A DNA stretch of 64,000 nt from Flavobacterium sp. (GCA_010365135.1 JAAFGY010000001.1:11419-75418); one strand, 5' to 3'; positions 1 to 9,445 are shown, numbered from the stretch's first letter. Notes: generated by a model not told the origin, from the letters alone. Made by a program: numbers and translations.

Positions 1-784
1 TCAATGGTTTCAAATCTGCTAATTTATATTTTTCAGGATAACGCGTGGCGAATACAATATCCAGAATGTATTTTTCGATTTTTTCGTCCATATAAACTTC
101 CCGAACAGCTTCTTGCGCACGTAAAATTTGTTCTACAGAAACTACTGAATTAACTTTTTCGTAATTTCCTTTTAGGTTTTGACGAACTACCATTCTTTCG
201 TCTTCCATTTTCGGATAATCGATGACGGTTTTCAACATAAAACGGTCGACTTGCGCTTCTGGCAATGGATAAGTTCCTTCTTGTTCGATTGGGTTTTGGG
301 TAGCCAAAACTAAAAACGGTCTGTCTAATTTGAAAGTGGTGTCACCAATAGTCACTTGCTTTTCCTGCATCGCTTCCAATAATGCGGATTGCACTTTGGC
401 TGGCGCACGATTGATCTCATCTGCAAGAACGAAATTGGCAAAAATTGGTCCTTTTTTTATAGAAAATTCATTGGATTTAATGTTGTAAATCATGGTTCCC
501 ACCACATCAGCAGGCAATAAATCTGGTGTAAACTGGATTCTGCTGAACGAACCGTGAATGGCTTGCGCCAAAGTGTTTATCGCTAATGTCTTTGCCAATC
601 CTGGAACTCCCTCAAGTAAAATGTGTCCTTGTCCTAAAAGTCCAATTAATAAGCGCTCAATCATATGTTTTTGACCCACGATTACCTTATTCATTTCCAT
701 GGTAAGTAAATCGATGAAGGCACTTTCTCTTTCTATTTTTTCATTGATTGCCCTAATGTCCAAAGTTGTTGTATTTTCTTCCAT
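1..784 (-). CDS. moxR: MoxR-family AAA+ ATPase, 5' part (runs off the left edge)
   Basis: Manual translation from ATG at 784: MEENTTTLDIRAINEKIERESAFIDLLTMEMNKVIVGQKHMIERLLIGLLGQGHILLEGVPGLAKT (MoxR Walker A). Absent from the ORF track because no stop lies in the window. Confidence 0.9.
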   Translation of the reverse strand, partial: MEENTTTLDIRAINEKIERESAFIDLLTMEMNKVIVGQKHMIERLLIGLLGQGHILLEGVPGLAKTLAINTLAQAIHGSFSRIQFTPDLLPADVVGTMIYNIKSNEFSIKKGPIFANFVLADEINRAPAKVQSALLEAMQEKQVTIGDTTFKLDRPFLVLATQNPIEQEGTYPLPEAQVDRFMLKTVIDYPKMEDERMVVRQNLKGNYEKVNSVVSVEQILRAQEAVREVYMDEKIEKYILDIVFATRYPEKYKLADLKPL

Positions 785-997
785 TTTCGTATTTTAATAA
801 CTATAAATTGTGTTCATTATTTTTGACGGTGCAAATTGAATTTTTTTTTAGAAGTAGGATGTTAAAAAATGGTTAAAACTTCTCACAAACACTGAAATTT
901 AAGGATGATTTGTGATAGTATTTTCATAATTTTAAAGTTTCAAAAAAATATGCCTTAAAATTGACGATTCTCGAATATAAATCATTAAAATAAAATC

Positions 998-1870
998 ATG
1001 AATAAAACGCTTTTTTCTAAAATAATTGCCGGAACGATGACTTGGGGTTATTGGGGCAAAAATCTGGACAAAAACCAGATGATAGAACTGATGAACTCCT
1101 GTATTGAAACTGGGATTACCACCTTTGATCATGCTGATATTTATGGCGGTTACACTACTGAAAATGCTTTTGGCAACGCTTTTGGCGAAAGCCAGATCGA
1201 CAGAAAACAAATACAGCTGATTTCGAAATGTGGCATTCAATTGCCGTCCGAAAACAGAAATACTAAAATACATCATTATAATTATTCGAAATCACACATT
1301 ATTTGGTCCGTAGAACAATCTCTTAAAAATTTGAAAACGGATTATTTGGATTTGTTTTTGGTGCACAGACCAAGCCCATTGATGCAAGTGGATGAGATTG
1401 CCGAAGCCGTTGAAAAACTCGAAACCGAAGGAAAAATTCTAGACTTTGGTGTTTCGAATTTTACTCCAATTCAAACGGATTTAATTCAGACAAAAATGAA
1501 AGTAAATTACAACCAAATCGAGTTTTCGGCTACTCATTTTGAACCCATGCTTGACGGAAGTTTAGACTACATGCAAACGCACAATATAAAGCCTTTGTGC
1601 TGGTCTCCAATGGGAACTGTTTTCAAAAAAATCGATGAAAAATCGGTTCGAGTTAAAAACTTAGCAACAAGACTGTCAGCAAAATACAATGTCGAGGTTG
1701 ATGTTTTACTTCTTGCTTGGATTCTGAAACATCCAGCTGGAATTTTACCCGTTTGCGGTACAGCCGACAAAAAAAGAATTCCTAATTTGATGAAAGCGAC
1801 TGAAATTAATTTGGAAATAGAAGATTGGTTTGCTTTTTGGACAGAAAGTGCCGGAAATCCAATTCCTTAA
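998..1870 (+). CDS. Aldo/keto reductase (YdhF-like)
   Basis: FDHADIYGGY, ISKCGI, SLKNLKTDYLDLFLVHRP, GVSNF motifs. Confidence 0.92.
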   Translation: MNKTLFSKIIAGTMTWGYWGKNLDKNQMIELMNSCIETGITTFDHADIYGGYTTENAFGNAFGESQIDRKQIQLISKCGIQLPSENRNTKIHHYNYSKSHIIWSVEQSLKNLKTDYLDLFLVHRPSPLMQVDEIAEAVEKLETEGKILDFGVSNFTPIQTDLIQTKMKVNYNQIEFSATHFEPMLDGSLDYMQTHNIKPLCWSPMGTVFKKIDEKSVRVKNLATRLSAKYNVEVDVLLLAWILKHPAGILPVCGTADKKRIPNLMKATEINLEIEDWFAFWTESAGNPIP

Positions 1871-1924
1871 AAAATGTATACCCAAATTTTTGTGAGTGTC
1901 GCACTATAATTAGCAACTTTTTAG

Positions 1925-1985
1925 ACCATTAAGGAATTAAGGATGATTAAGTATGAACGCTTAATTTTCTTAATTTCTTAATGGT
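1925..1985. repeat. Intergenic inverted array with ACCATTAAG...CTTAATGGT termini
   Basis: Perfect 9-bp terminal inverted repeat; three TTAAG units on the left arm and three CTTAA units on the right arm. Confidence 0.75.
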
Positions 1986-2081
1986 TTTTAGAAAGGAATT
2001 TAATATTGAAAACAAAAACAGCACGAAAAATGGTGGAAATAAAAAATGAAATTGTACAATTTTTTAAAAAATTTATAAAAA

Positions 2082-2843
2082 ATGAATAAAATTGCCCTAG
2101 TTACTGGAGCGACCAGCGGAATTGGAAGAGCAACAGCAAGATTATTGGCCAAAAATAATTATAAAATTATTCTCTGCGGAAGGCGCGAAGATCGATTGAA
2201 CGAACTCGAAAAAGAACTTTCTGAATTTACTGAAATTCACACTTTGTCCTTTGATGTTCGAGATAAAAAAGCGGTTTTCGAAAGTATAAATTCATTGCCT
2301 TCTGCCTTTTCTAAAATTGATGTTTTGATAAATAATGCTGGAAATGCGCACGGTTTAAGTCCCATTCAAGAAGGCAATTTAGATGATTGGGATGCGATGA
2401 TTGACATCAACGTAAAAGGACTTTTGTATGTTTCGAAAGCTATAATTCCAAAAATGATTGAACAAAAATCTGGTCATATTATCAACATTGGTTCCATTGC
2501 CGGAAAAGAAGTGTATCCGAACGGAAATGTCTATTGCGCTTCAAAATATGCCGTTGATGCACTGAATAAAAGTATGCGAATCGACTTAAATCCTTATGGA
2601 ATTCGAGTGGGAGCCATTCATCCTGGAATGGTCGAAACCGAGTTTAGTGAAGTGCGTTTCAAAGGCGACAAGGATAAAGCCGCCAACACTTATAAAGGTC
2701 TGACACCATTGCGACCTGAGGACATTGCCGATATTATTCATTTTGTAGTTTCCAGACCTTATCATGTAAATATTGCCGATTTGATTGTGTTTCCAACCGC
2801 TCAAGCCTCGGCGACAATTGTAAATCGATTTTTGGAAATTTAA
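2082..2843 (+). CDS. Short-chain dehydrogenase/reductase (YdfG-like)
   Basis: TGATSGIG, NNAG, YCASK motifs. Confidence 0.92.
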   Translation: MNKIALVTGATSGIGRATARLLAKNNYKIILCGRREDRLNELEKELSEFTEIHTLSFDVRDKKAVFESINSLPSAFSKIDVLINNAGNAHGLSPIQEGNLDDWDAMIDINVKGLLYVSKAIIPKMIEQKSGHIINIGSIAGKEVYPNGNVYCASKYAVDALNKSMRIDLNPYGIRVGAIHPGMVETEFSEVRFKGDKDKAANTYKGLTPLRPEDIADIIHFVVSRPYHVNIADLIVFPTAQASATIVNRFLEI

Positions 2844-2921
2844 TTAGTTTTTTTTTAATAAAGTGCTTATTTAAAATCTAAAAATACCGAACAATAACCA
2901 AAAACAGTTTTAGTATAAAAC

Positions 2922-2953
2922 AAAAAAACAGCCAAAAATTTGGCTGTTTTTTT
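2922..2953. terminator. Bidirectional intrinsic terminator
   Basis: A7-CAGCCAAA/TTTGGCTG-T7 hairpin between convergent genes. Confidence 0.75.
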
Positions 2954-2972
2954 ACTACTTTAAGAATTTTTT

Positions 2973-3791
2973 CTACCACGAAATGCTACCCATATTTTTA
3001 ACTGCGCCATTAACGACAATTACTTCTGGAATCGTTTTTACCAACAATCCTGAAGTTGGGTCTGGCGTTAATGTCACAATATAAGTTCCTGCAGGAATAC
3101 CATTCAATTGAAATATACCTTGTGCATTGGCATAAGCCGAAACAATTTCGGTTCCCACAACAACAGAGGCCACTACTTGCTTAGCAACAGCTATATTAGT
3201 AATTGTGCCTTTAATAACTCCGGATGTTGCCGTTGTTGAAACTTTGACAACAGGGTGTAAATTATAATTTCCAGAAGTTCCTGCTTGAACAACAATAGAG
3301 TGTGCCACATCTAAATCTAGCAAGAAATCGTATGTAGCGCCTGCCATTAATGTTTGATTAACTTTCAATTTCAAACCTGATTGTTGGGCACTTGGAGTAT
3401 TCAAGGGATAAGATGTACCATCTTTAAGTACCACCGTGTTTTTATCGCCAAGCAGCAATCTAATTTGTCCTAAATATCCTGAAGGAACCATTTTGTCTGC
3501 CAATAGAGCACTAACCCCTCCTGTCAAAGTTAGCAAATTATAAATTTTGCCTTCAGTTGGGAGATTACCAATACTAATCCATCCTTGATCGTCTAAGTCC
3601 GCATTGTTTTTTATCATAATGTCTCTCACATCTAAATTTACTTCTTTATAGTCGCCGGGAGCATCGGATAATCTAACGGTCATTGCTGAAGTTTGTGAAC
3701 CACCACTACCGTCATTGTTACAGCCTGCAAAAAAAAGACTTACGAATGCAATTACAAGAAAACTTAACACATAAACTTTAATATTTTTCAT
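2973..3791 (-). CDS. DUF4382-like lipoprotein with C-terminal carboxypeptidase-regulatory-like domain
   Basis: Lipobox FAGC; VRLSDAPGDY, LLTLTGG, QIRLLLG, SAQQSGLKL, FLLDLDVAHSIV segments typical of DUF4382. Confidence 0.75.
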   Translation of the reverse strand: MKNIKVYVLSFLVIAFVSLFFAGCNNDGSGGSQTSAMTVRLSDAPGDYKEVNLDVRDIMIKNNADLDDQGWISIGNLPTEGKIYNLLTLTGGVSALLADKMVPSGYLGQIRLLLGDKNTVVLKDGTSYPLNTPSAQQSGLKLKVNQTLMAGATYDFLLDLDVAHSIVVQAGTSGNYNLHPVVKVSTTATSGVIKGTITNIAVAKQVVASVVVGTEIVSAYANAQGIFQLNGIPAGTYIVTLTPDPTSGLLVKTIPEVIVVNGAVKNMGSISW

Positions 3792-3891
3792 AGTTTTGGG
3801 GGAATTAAAAATTAATACTTTAATATCGATAGGACAACGGGTAAAAAAATAAAAAAGTGCCTTCCTAAAATAAAATCAGTGAATTTTACAA

Positions 3892-5031
3892 ATGATTAAT
3901 AAAAGGCTTTTGATTAAAAATCTCCTTGCTCACAATGATGAGAGTAGTTTTTATGACAAAAAACGCCAGTTGAATTTGCATTCGCGCGAAGGGAAAGCCA
4001 AGTTTTTGAAACATATTTGCGCCTTATCCAACTCGAATCCTACCAATAGTTCCTATATCGTTGTGGGTGTCGAAGATCACGATAACGAAATTGTAGGCGA
4101 CGATTTTTTTGACGACAGTCGGATTCAGAATTTAGTAAATGCTTATTTGGAAAATCCACCAAAAATTCAATACGAGAATGTTCCTTTTCCTAATTTGCCA
4201 AAAGATAAAGTGGTGGGATTAGTAACTATAAAAGCCAAAAGTAAAACCTCACATTTTAAAAAAGGAATTCACACGATTCCCGCCAACACTGTTTTTATTC
4301 GTCGAGGCAGCAACACCGTTCCTACTGAAGAGGAAATCGAAAAAAATTATCAAAACACGGAAACCGTCATTGGCATTGAAAATAATTCAAGAAATAGTAT
4401 TGGTTACACTCTCGATGGTGTGATTGATTTTATGAATTTTCGGCACAAGGATATGGCGCCAAAATACAAGGTTTTCAAGGAATTATTTGTCATTTGTTGG
4501 GCTGGTGTTCCTAAAAAATCTAGAGACAAAACCTTTCTATCACGTGTTGATATTGAGTTAATAAACGAGCAAATCAAACTGTTTTATTCGGCTCAAGATG
4601 TAGTCACGATTACTTTTGACGAGGATTCTTTTACGATTATCGAATATGTTCCTTTGGGTTTGAATGACAAAACAAGCTTTTATCCGTTAGAAAAACAAAC
4701 CATTTATTTTCACGATAATGGCTATTATAAAATTGACCGAGAAATCCTTTTTCAGCCGCCAGAATTCAATCGAAAAATGTTGTTTCATATTTATAATTCG
4801 AACATTTCCTTGTTGAACAAACTTCAAAAAGGACTTTCGTTAACGGAGCGAGAACAGAAAGATTTAGAAAATTTACCCTCGACATTTATGATTTGTTGCC
4901 TCAACGGATTTGAAGAAGCCAAGCAAAAATTGATAGACGCCAAACCACTTTTGAAACCTTTCACTTCTGTATATTTGTCCTTTAAAGAAGCTTTGCGGAT
5001 TTTGAGAAAAATGAAGTATGATGTGCAATAA
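3892..5031 (+). CDS. Schlafen/AlbA_2-domain protein with uncharacterised C-terminal region
   Basis: ESSFYDKK, KHICALSN, YIVVGVED N-terminal pattern of AlbA_2. Confidence 0.7.
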   Translation: MINKRLLIKNLLAHNDESSFYDKKRQLNLHSREGKAKFLKHICALSNSNPTNSSYIVVGVEDHDNEIVGDDFFDDSRIQNLVNAYLENPPKIQYENVPFPNLPKDKVVGLVTIKAKSKTSHFKKGIHTIPANTVFIRRGSNTVPTEEEIEKNYQNTETVIGIENNSRNSIGYTLDGVIDFMNFRHKDMAPKYKVFKELFVICWAGVPKKSRDKTFLSRVDIELINEQIKLFYSAQDVVTITFDEDSFTIIEYVPLGLNDKTSFYPLEKQTIYFHDNGYYKIDREILFQPPEFNRKMLFHIYNSNISLLNKLQKGLSLTEREQKDLENLPSTFMICCLNGFEEAKQKLIDAKPLLKPFTSVYLSFKEALRILRKMKYDVQ

Positions 5032-5157
5032 AGAGTTCATTCGAAAGACCACTAACTATCTTATTAGTTGAAAATCGGATGAAAAAATGTCAAAAAATTA
5101 AAAAAACCATTTGTTTTCTACTATTTTTGCACTATCATAAATTGATATAAATACTAA

Positions 5158-5883
5158 ATGAGAACACTCGTTATCGGTGACATTCACGGTGGTTTGCGTG
5201 CTTTGCACCAAATTATGGAAAGAGCCAAAGTTACCCAAAAAGATACCTTAATATTTCTAGGTGATTATGTTGATGGCTGGAGCCAATCGCCCCAAGTGAT
5301 TGATTATTTGATCGATTTGAAAACAACTCACAATTGCATTTTCATCATTGGCAATCACGATCAATTGTTGTTGAAATGGTTAGACGAAAGCATTGATAAT
5401 CCAATGTGGTACAAACACGGCGGCGAATCGACCGTTTTGGCGTATGACCAAACCAGTGGCGAAAGCATCCAAAAACACATTAAATTTCTCAAATCATTGA
5501 AAGAATATTATCTCGATGAGCAAAATCGTTTATTTGTTCACGCAGGTTTTACCAATATGAACGGTGTGATTTATGAATATTTTCCGGAACTTTTTTATTG
5601 GGACAGAACCTTGTGGGAAACCGCATTGGCATTGGATAAAAAGCTGAAAAATAGCGATTTACTGTATCCAAAACGATTGACATTATACGAAGAAATTTAC
5701 ATTGGTCACACGCCTGTTTCAAGAATTGGCAAATCCACCCCAGTAAAAATGGGCAACGTATGGAATATTGATACAGGAGCTGCTTTTAAAGGGCCTTTAA
5801 CTATTTTGGATGTGGACACTAAAGAGTTTTGGCAGAGCGAACCTTTACCGAATTTGTACCCAAGTGAAAAAGGTAGAAATTAA
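5158..5883 (+). CDS. Calcineurin-like metallophosphoesterase (PrpA/ApaH-like)
   Basis: GDIHG, GDYVD, GNHD, HAG, GHTP, IDTGA motifs. Confidence 0.9.
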   Translation: MRTLVIGDIHGGLRALHQIMERAKVTQKDTLIFLGDYVDGWSQSPQVIDYLIDLKTTHNCIFIIGNHDQLLLKWLDESIDNPMWYKHGGESTVLAYDQTSGESIQKHIKFLKSLKEYYLDEQNRLFVHAGFTNMNGVIYEYFPELFYWDRTLWETALALDKKLKNSDLLYPKRLTLYEEIYIGHTPVSRIGKSTPVKMGNVWNIDTGAAFKGPLTILDVDTKEFWQSEPLPNLYPSEKGRN

Positions 5884-5889
5884 AACCAC

Positions 5890-5897
5890 TATATTTG
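5890..5897 (+). promoter_or_regulatory. Bacteroidota sigma-A -7 element
   Basis: TATATTTG matches TAnnTTTG, 17 nt before the ATG at 5915. Confidence 0.55.
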
Positions 5898-5914
5898 CAA
5901 AAAAAATATACACT

Positions 5915-6406
5915 ATGAAAAAGATTTTTACAATCGTATTATTAGGAGCATTTTGTTTGGTAAATGCACAAGCTTTTAAAGGAAAAGGAGATACAAAACT
6001 CGACATTGGGGCGACGCTTCAAAATGGTGGAACTGGAGTTGTAGCTTCAGCAGATTTTGGTTTGGGAGAAAACTTTTCAATCGGGGTTTTGAGTTCTTAT
6101 TTACTTGGAGCTAATGAGTACTTAGGCGAAAAACCAAGTGTTGATTATCGTTTTGATGCCAAATTAAGATTTAATGCCAATTTAGGAAATGTATTAAATG
6201 TTTCTCCTAAATTTGATTTGTATCCCGGTTTGAATATAGGTTTGAAAAACTTTGGTGGTCATATTGGCGCAAGGTATTTTTTCACGGATGGTTTTGGAGT
6301 TTTTACTGAGTTTTCAGCTCCATTTGCAAAATACGATAAGGAAGCCTCTTCAAGATACAACAATGGAACTTCTTTTAATATTGGAGCTTCGTTCAATTTA
6401 GACTAA
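5915..6406 (+). CDS. Small outer-membrane beta-barrel protein (DUF6646-like)
   Basis: Signal peptide MKKIF...NAQ from ATG 5915 (the track start at 5810 overlaps the upstream gene); alternating beta strands; ends GASFNLD. Confidence 0.75.
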   Translation: MKKIFTIVLLGAFCLVNAQAFKGKGDTKLDIGATLQNGGTGVVASADFGLGENFSIGVLSSYLLGANEYLGEKPSVDYRFDAKLRFNANLGNVLNVSPKFDLYPGLNIGLKNFGGHIGARYFFTDGFGVFTEFSAPFAKYDKEASSRYNNGTSFNIGASFNLD

Positions 6407-6421
6407 TCAATCAAAACAAAT

Positions 6422-6457
6422 AAAAAGCGGCTCGATGAAAATCTTGCCGCTTTTTTT
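6422..6457. terminator. Bidirectional intrinsic terminator
   Basis: AAAAAGCGGC...GCCGCTTTTTTT between convergent genes. Confidence 0.7.
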
Positions 6458-6471
6458 ATGGATCAGATTTT

Positions 6472-8019
6472 TTACAAATCGAATTTTATTCCTTGTGCCA
6501 ATGGCAATTGCGTTCCGTAATTGATCGTGTTGGTTTGTCTTCGCATATATGCTTTCCAAGCATCGGAACCGGATTCTCGTCCGCCACCGGTTTCTTTTTC
6601 TCCGCCAAAAGCACCTCCAATTTCGGCTCCAGAAGTTCCAATATTAACATTAGCAATACCACAATCGGAACCCGATTGCGAAAGGAATAATTCCATTTCA
6701 CGCATATTATTGGTGAAAATCGAAGACGAAAGTCCTTGTGGAACTCCGTTTTGCATCGCAATGGCTTCTTCAATTTTGCTGTATTTCATCACATACAAAA
6801 TAGGCGCAAAAGTTTCTGTTTGTACAATATCAAAATGATTTTCGGCTTCAATAATACACGGTTTTACATAACATCCGCTTTCGAAACCTTGGCCTTCAAC
6901 AACGCCGCCTTCAACAACAATCGTTGCTCCTTCTTTTTTGGCTTTTTCAATAGCATCCAAATATTCCTGAACGGCTCCTTTGTCGATAAGTGGTCCAACG
7001 TGGTTGTTTTCGTCCAATGGATTTCCGATTTTCAATTGAGAATAAGCATTTTTCAAAACGCTGATGGTTTTTTCATACACACTTTCGTGAATGATTAAAC
7101 GACGAGTCGAAGTACAACGTTGTCCTGCGGTTCCAACAGCGCCAAAAACAGCGCCAACCAAAACCATACTAATATCAGCGTGTTCCGAAACAATAATGGC
7201 ATTATTTCCGCCCAATTCTAGAATCGTATTTCCAAAACGTTCGGCAACAGTTTTGGATACGTGACGTCCAATTCGGGTTGATCCTGTAAAAGAAACCAAG
7301 GAAATTCTGTGGTCATTATTGATTAAATCACCCGATTCATTTCCAGTTACCAAGCAACTTACCCCTTCGGGAACATTATTTCTTTCGAGAACGGTTTTGA
7401 TAATATTTTGGCAAGCAATGCCACATAACGGTACTTTTGAACTGGGTTTCCAAATCGCAACATCGCCACAAACAAAGGCTATCATGGCGTTCCAACTCCA
7501 AACGGCAACCGGAAAATTAAATGCTGAAATAATTCCAACAGTTCCAATCGGGTGGTATTGCTCATACATTCGGTGCAGTGGACGTTCAGAATGCATGGTT
7601 AATCCGTATAATTGGCGCGATAATCCTACTGCAAAATCACAAATATCAATCATTTCCTGAACTTCGCCATAGCCTTCCTGAAGACTTTTGCCCATTTCGT
7701 AAGAAACTAATTTTCCTAATGGTTCTTTAAATTTTCTTAGCTCGTCTCCCATTTGGCGCACAATTTCACCTCTTCTTGGAGCAGGAATCATTCGCCATTC
7801 TAGGAAAGCTTCGGTTGCTTTTTGCATCGCTTTTTCGTAATCATCTTTGGTCGAAGTTTTTACTTTTGCGATTAAAGCTCCATCGGCTGGCGAATAGCTT
7901 TCGATGATTTTTCCGTTAGCAAAATGATTTGCTCCTGTCGAAGTCCCGTCATTTAGGGCTTCGATGCCCAATTGTTTTAGGGCTATTTCTATTCCGAATG
8001 AATTGGCTATTGTTGTCAT
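6472..8019 (-). CDS. Aldehyde dehydrogenase, ALDH7/piperideine-6-carboxylate dehydrogenase type
   Basis: ISAFNFP, FTGSTRIG, LELGGN, GQRCT, ETFAP, SGSDAWKAYMRRQT motifs. Confidence 0.9.
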   Translation of the reverse strand: MTTIANSFGIEIALKQLGIEALNDGTSTGANHFANGKIIESYSPADGALIAKVKTSTKDDYEKAMQKATEAFLEWRMIPAPRRGEIVRQMGDELRKFKEPLGKLVSYEMGKSLQEGYGEVQEMIDICDFAVGLSRQLYGLTMHSERPLHRMYEQYHPIGTVGIISAFNFPVAVWSWNAMIAFVCGDVAIWKPSSKVPLCGIACQNIIKTVLERNNVPEGVSCLVTGNESGDLINNDHRISLVSFTGSTRIGRHVSKTVAERFGNTILELGGNNAIIVSEHADISMVLVGAVFGAVGTAGQRCTSTRRLIIHESVYEKTISVLKNAYSQLKIGNPLDENNHVGPLIDKGAVQEYLDAIEKAKKEGATIVVEGGVVEGQGFESGCYVKPCIIEAENHFDIVQTETFAPILYVMKYSKIEEAIAMQNGVPQGLSSSIFTNNMREMELFLSQSGSDCGIANVNIGTSGAEIGGAFGGEKETGGGRESGSDAWKAYMRRQTNTINYGTQLPLAQGIKFDL

Positions 8020-8239
8020 TGTAACTTTAGGAGTTAGAATTGTTATATTTATTTACAAATATATCATTTTACATAGCAATTAGGAATTAAACATGACGAA
8101 TTACGTTGGGAGTAACTGTTTTTGAAGCTATAAACCTTTGCTTTTTTGACTTTAAGATGCAAAGAATCGAATGCTTAGCAGATACAAGAAAGTCGTCAGA
8201 ATGACAAATTTAACCCAAAATTTTTTCGAAATAACCATT

Positions 8240-8390
8240 CCCTAGCCCTGAGTGAAGTGGAAATCCTTGTGAAAAGAAAGGCTAATTTTTTCTTGCCAAA
8301 AAAGAGCGACCACCGGAAGCTCCTTTTTGGGTTTAGAAAAATAGCCTTTATTGAGCAAGATTGAAACGGAAGGCAGGAAACAGCTCCTGA
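8240..8390 (+). repeat. Long nested-hairpin element (Flavobacterium repeat, possibly Flavo-1-like RNA)
   Basis: Nested pairings CCTG/CAGG, AATC/GATT, CTTG/CAAG, AAAGGCTA/TAGCCTTT, TTTTTCT/AGAAAAA, CCAAAAA/TTTTTGG, GAGC/GCTC. The Flavo-1 resemblance is from memory only. Confidence 0.6.
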
Positions 8391-8395
8391 AAAAT

Positions 8396-9322
8396 CTAAA
8401 ACATATTCTTTTTCTTGAATAAAAGGACGCCAGAAACAGAGATTAAAAGGGAAATTGATAACACAATCCAAAATCCGAAAGGGGTATTTTCGAAATTATT
8501 AGGAACGTTCATTCCGTATAAACTCGCGACCAAAGTGGGGATCATCAAAATGATGGATATCGAGGTCAGCCTTTTCATTATGACATTCAAATTATTGGAA
8601 ATAACGGAAGCATAAGCGTCCATCATTCCGGTTAAAATGTTGCTATAAATGCTGGTTGTTTCTTCGGCCTGACGCAATTCGATTTCGACATCTTCGAGCA
8701 ATTCGGGGTCGTAGGTGTCTTTTTGGGCTTTCAAATTTTTGATTCTACGAAATAAAACGTCATTACCTTTCAAAGAAGTCACGAAAAAGACCAAACATTT
8801 TTCTATTTGCCACAAGGCTTGAAGTTCTTCGTTTTTGATGGATTCTTCGAGGTTGTCTTCGGCGAGTTTGATTCTTTGATTGATTTGTTTCAGGTATTTC
8901 AAAAACCAAATGCTTGAGGAAAGCAGCAATTTTAACACTAAATCGAAGTCGTTTTCAATTGAAATTTTCTTGCGTTTGGTATATAAAACAAAGTCAGAAA
9001 GGATGTCCGTTTGGTGGAAACAAAGGGAAACAAAAACATCTTCTTTGAACATTAAACCTAATGGTGCTGTGTTAAAGGGCAGTTTTGGATCGTTACTTTT
9101 GAAAGGAATTCGAAGAATGATAAGCGTCCAACCGTTTTCGATTTCGATACGTGGTCGCTCGTCAATATCTTCAATATCGCTGTAAAAATCTTCGGGAATA
9201 TGGAGTTCTTTGAGCAGAAATTTGGTTTCTTCCTTTGTGGGACAAACTACATTCATCCAGCAGCTGCCTTCACGATTTTCGGTTTGAGTTAAACCGACAT
9301 TGTTTTTGTAATACGTAATCAT
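8396..9322 (-). CDS. corA: CorA-family Mg2+/Co2+ transporter
   Basis: DIDERPRIE N-terminal motif; two C-terminal TM helices with YGMN signature. Confidence 0.92.
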   Translation of the reverse strand: MITYYKNNVGLTQTENREGSCWMNVVCPTKEETKFLLKELHIPEDFYSDIEDIDERPRIEIENGWTLIILRIPFKSNDPKLPFNTAPLGLMFKEDVFVSLCFHQTDILSDFVLYTKRKKISIENDFDLVLKLLLSSSIWFLKYLKQINQRIKLAEDNLEESIKNEELQALWQIEKCLVFFVTSLKGNDVLFRRIKNLKAQKDTYDPELLEDVEIELRQAEETTSIYSNILTGMMDAYASVISNNLNVIMKRLTSISIILMIPTLVASLYGMNVPNNFENTPFGFWIVLSISLLISVSGVLLFKKKNMF

Positions 9323-9373
9323 AATGTAATGCGATATTTAAGGAAAATCGCTACCATTATGCAACGACTATTC

Positions 9374-9412
9374 CTATGTGATTATACTTTTCTCCGAATA
9401 ATAATCGTCCAT
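9374..9412 (-). CDS. Putative leader peptide MDDYYSEKSIIT upstream of corA
   Basis: ATG at 9412 to TAG at 9376-9374, inside a ~110-nt leader downstream of a TAnnTTTG box; overlaps predicted alternative hairpins. Confidence 0.45.
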   Translation of the reverse strand: MDDYYSEKSIIT

Positions 9413-9437
9413 TGTGGATGTTTTATTTTAATTTTTG

Positions 9438-9445
9438 CAAAAGTA
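9438..9445 (-). promoter_or_regulatory. Sigma-A -7 element for corA
   Basis: TACTTTTG on the minus strand. Confidence 0.55.

Noticed and set aside
3820-3865. Possible ECF-sigma promoter for the DUF4382 gene (GGCAC...CCCGTTGTC on the minus strand)
   Set aside because: No consensus I can match with confidence; single instance.
5810-5914. N-terminal extension of the beta-barrel ORF
   Set aside because: Overlaps the phosphoesterase gene; the signal peptide and promoter point to ATG 5915.
8196-8471. 91-aa minus-strand ORF
   Set aside because: Overlaps the corA 3' end and runs through the nested hairpin repeat; no protein-like motif.
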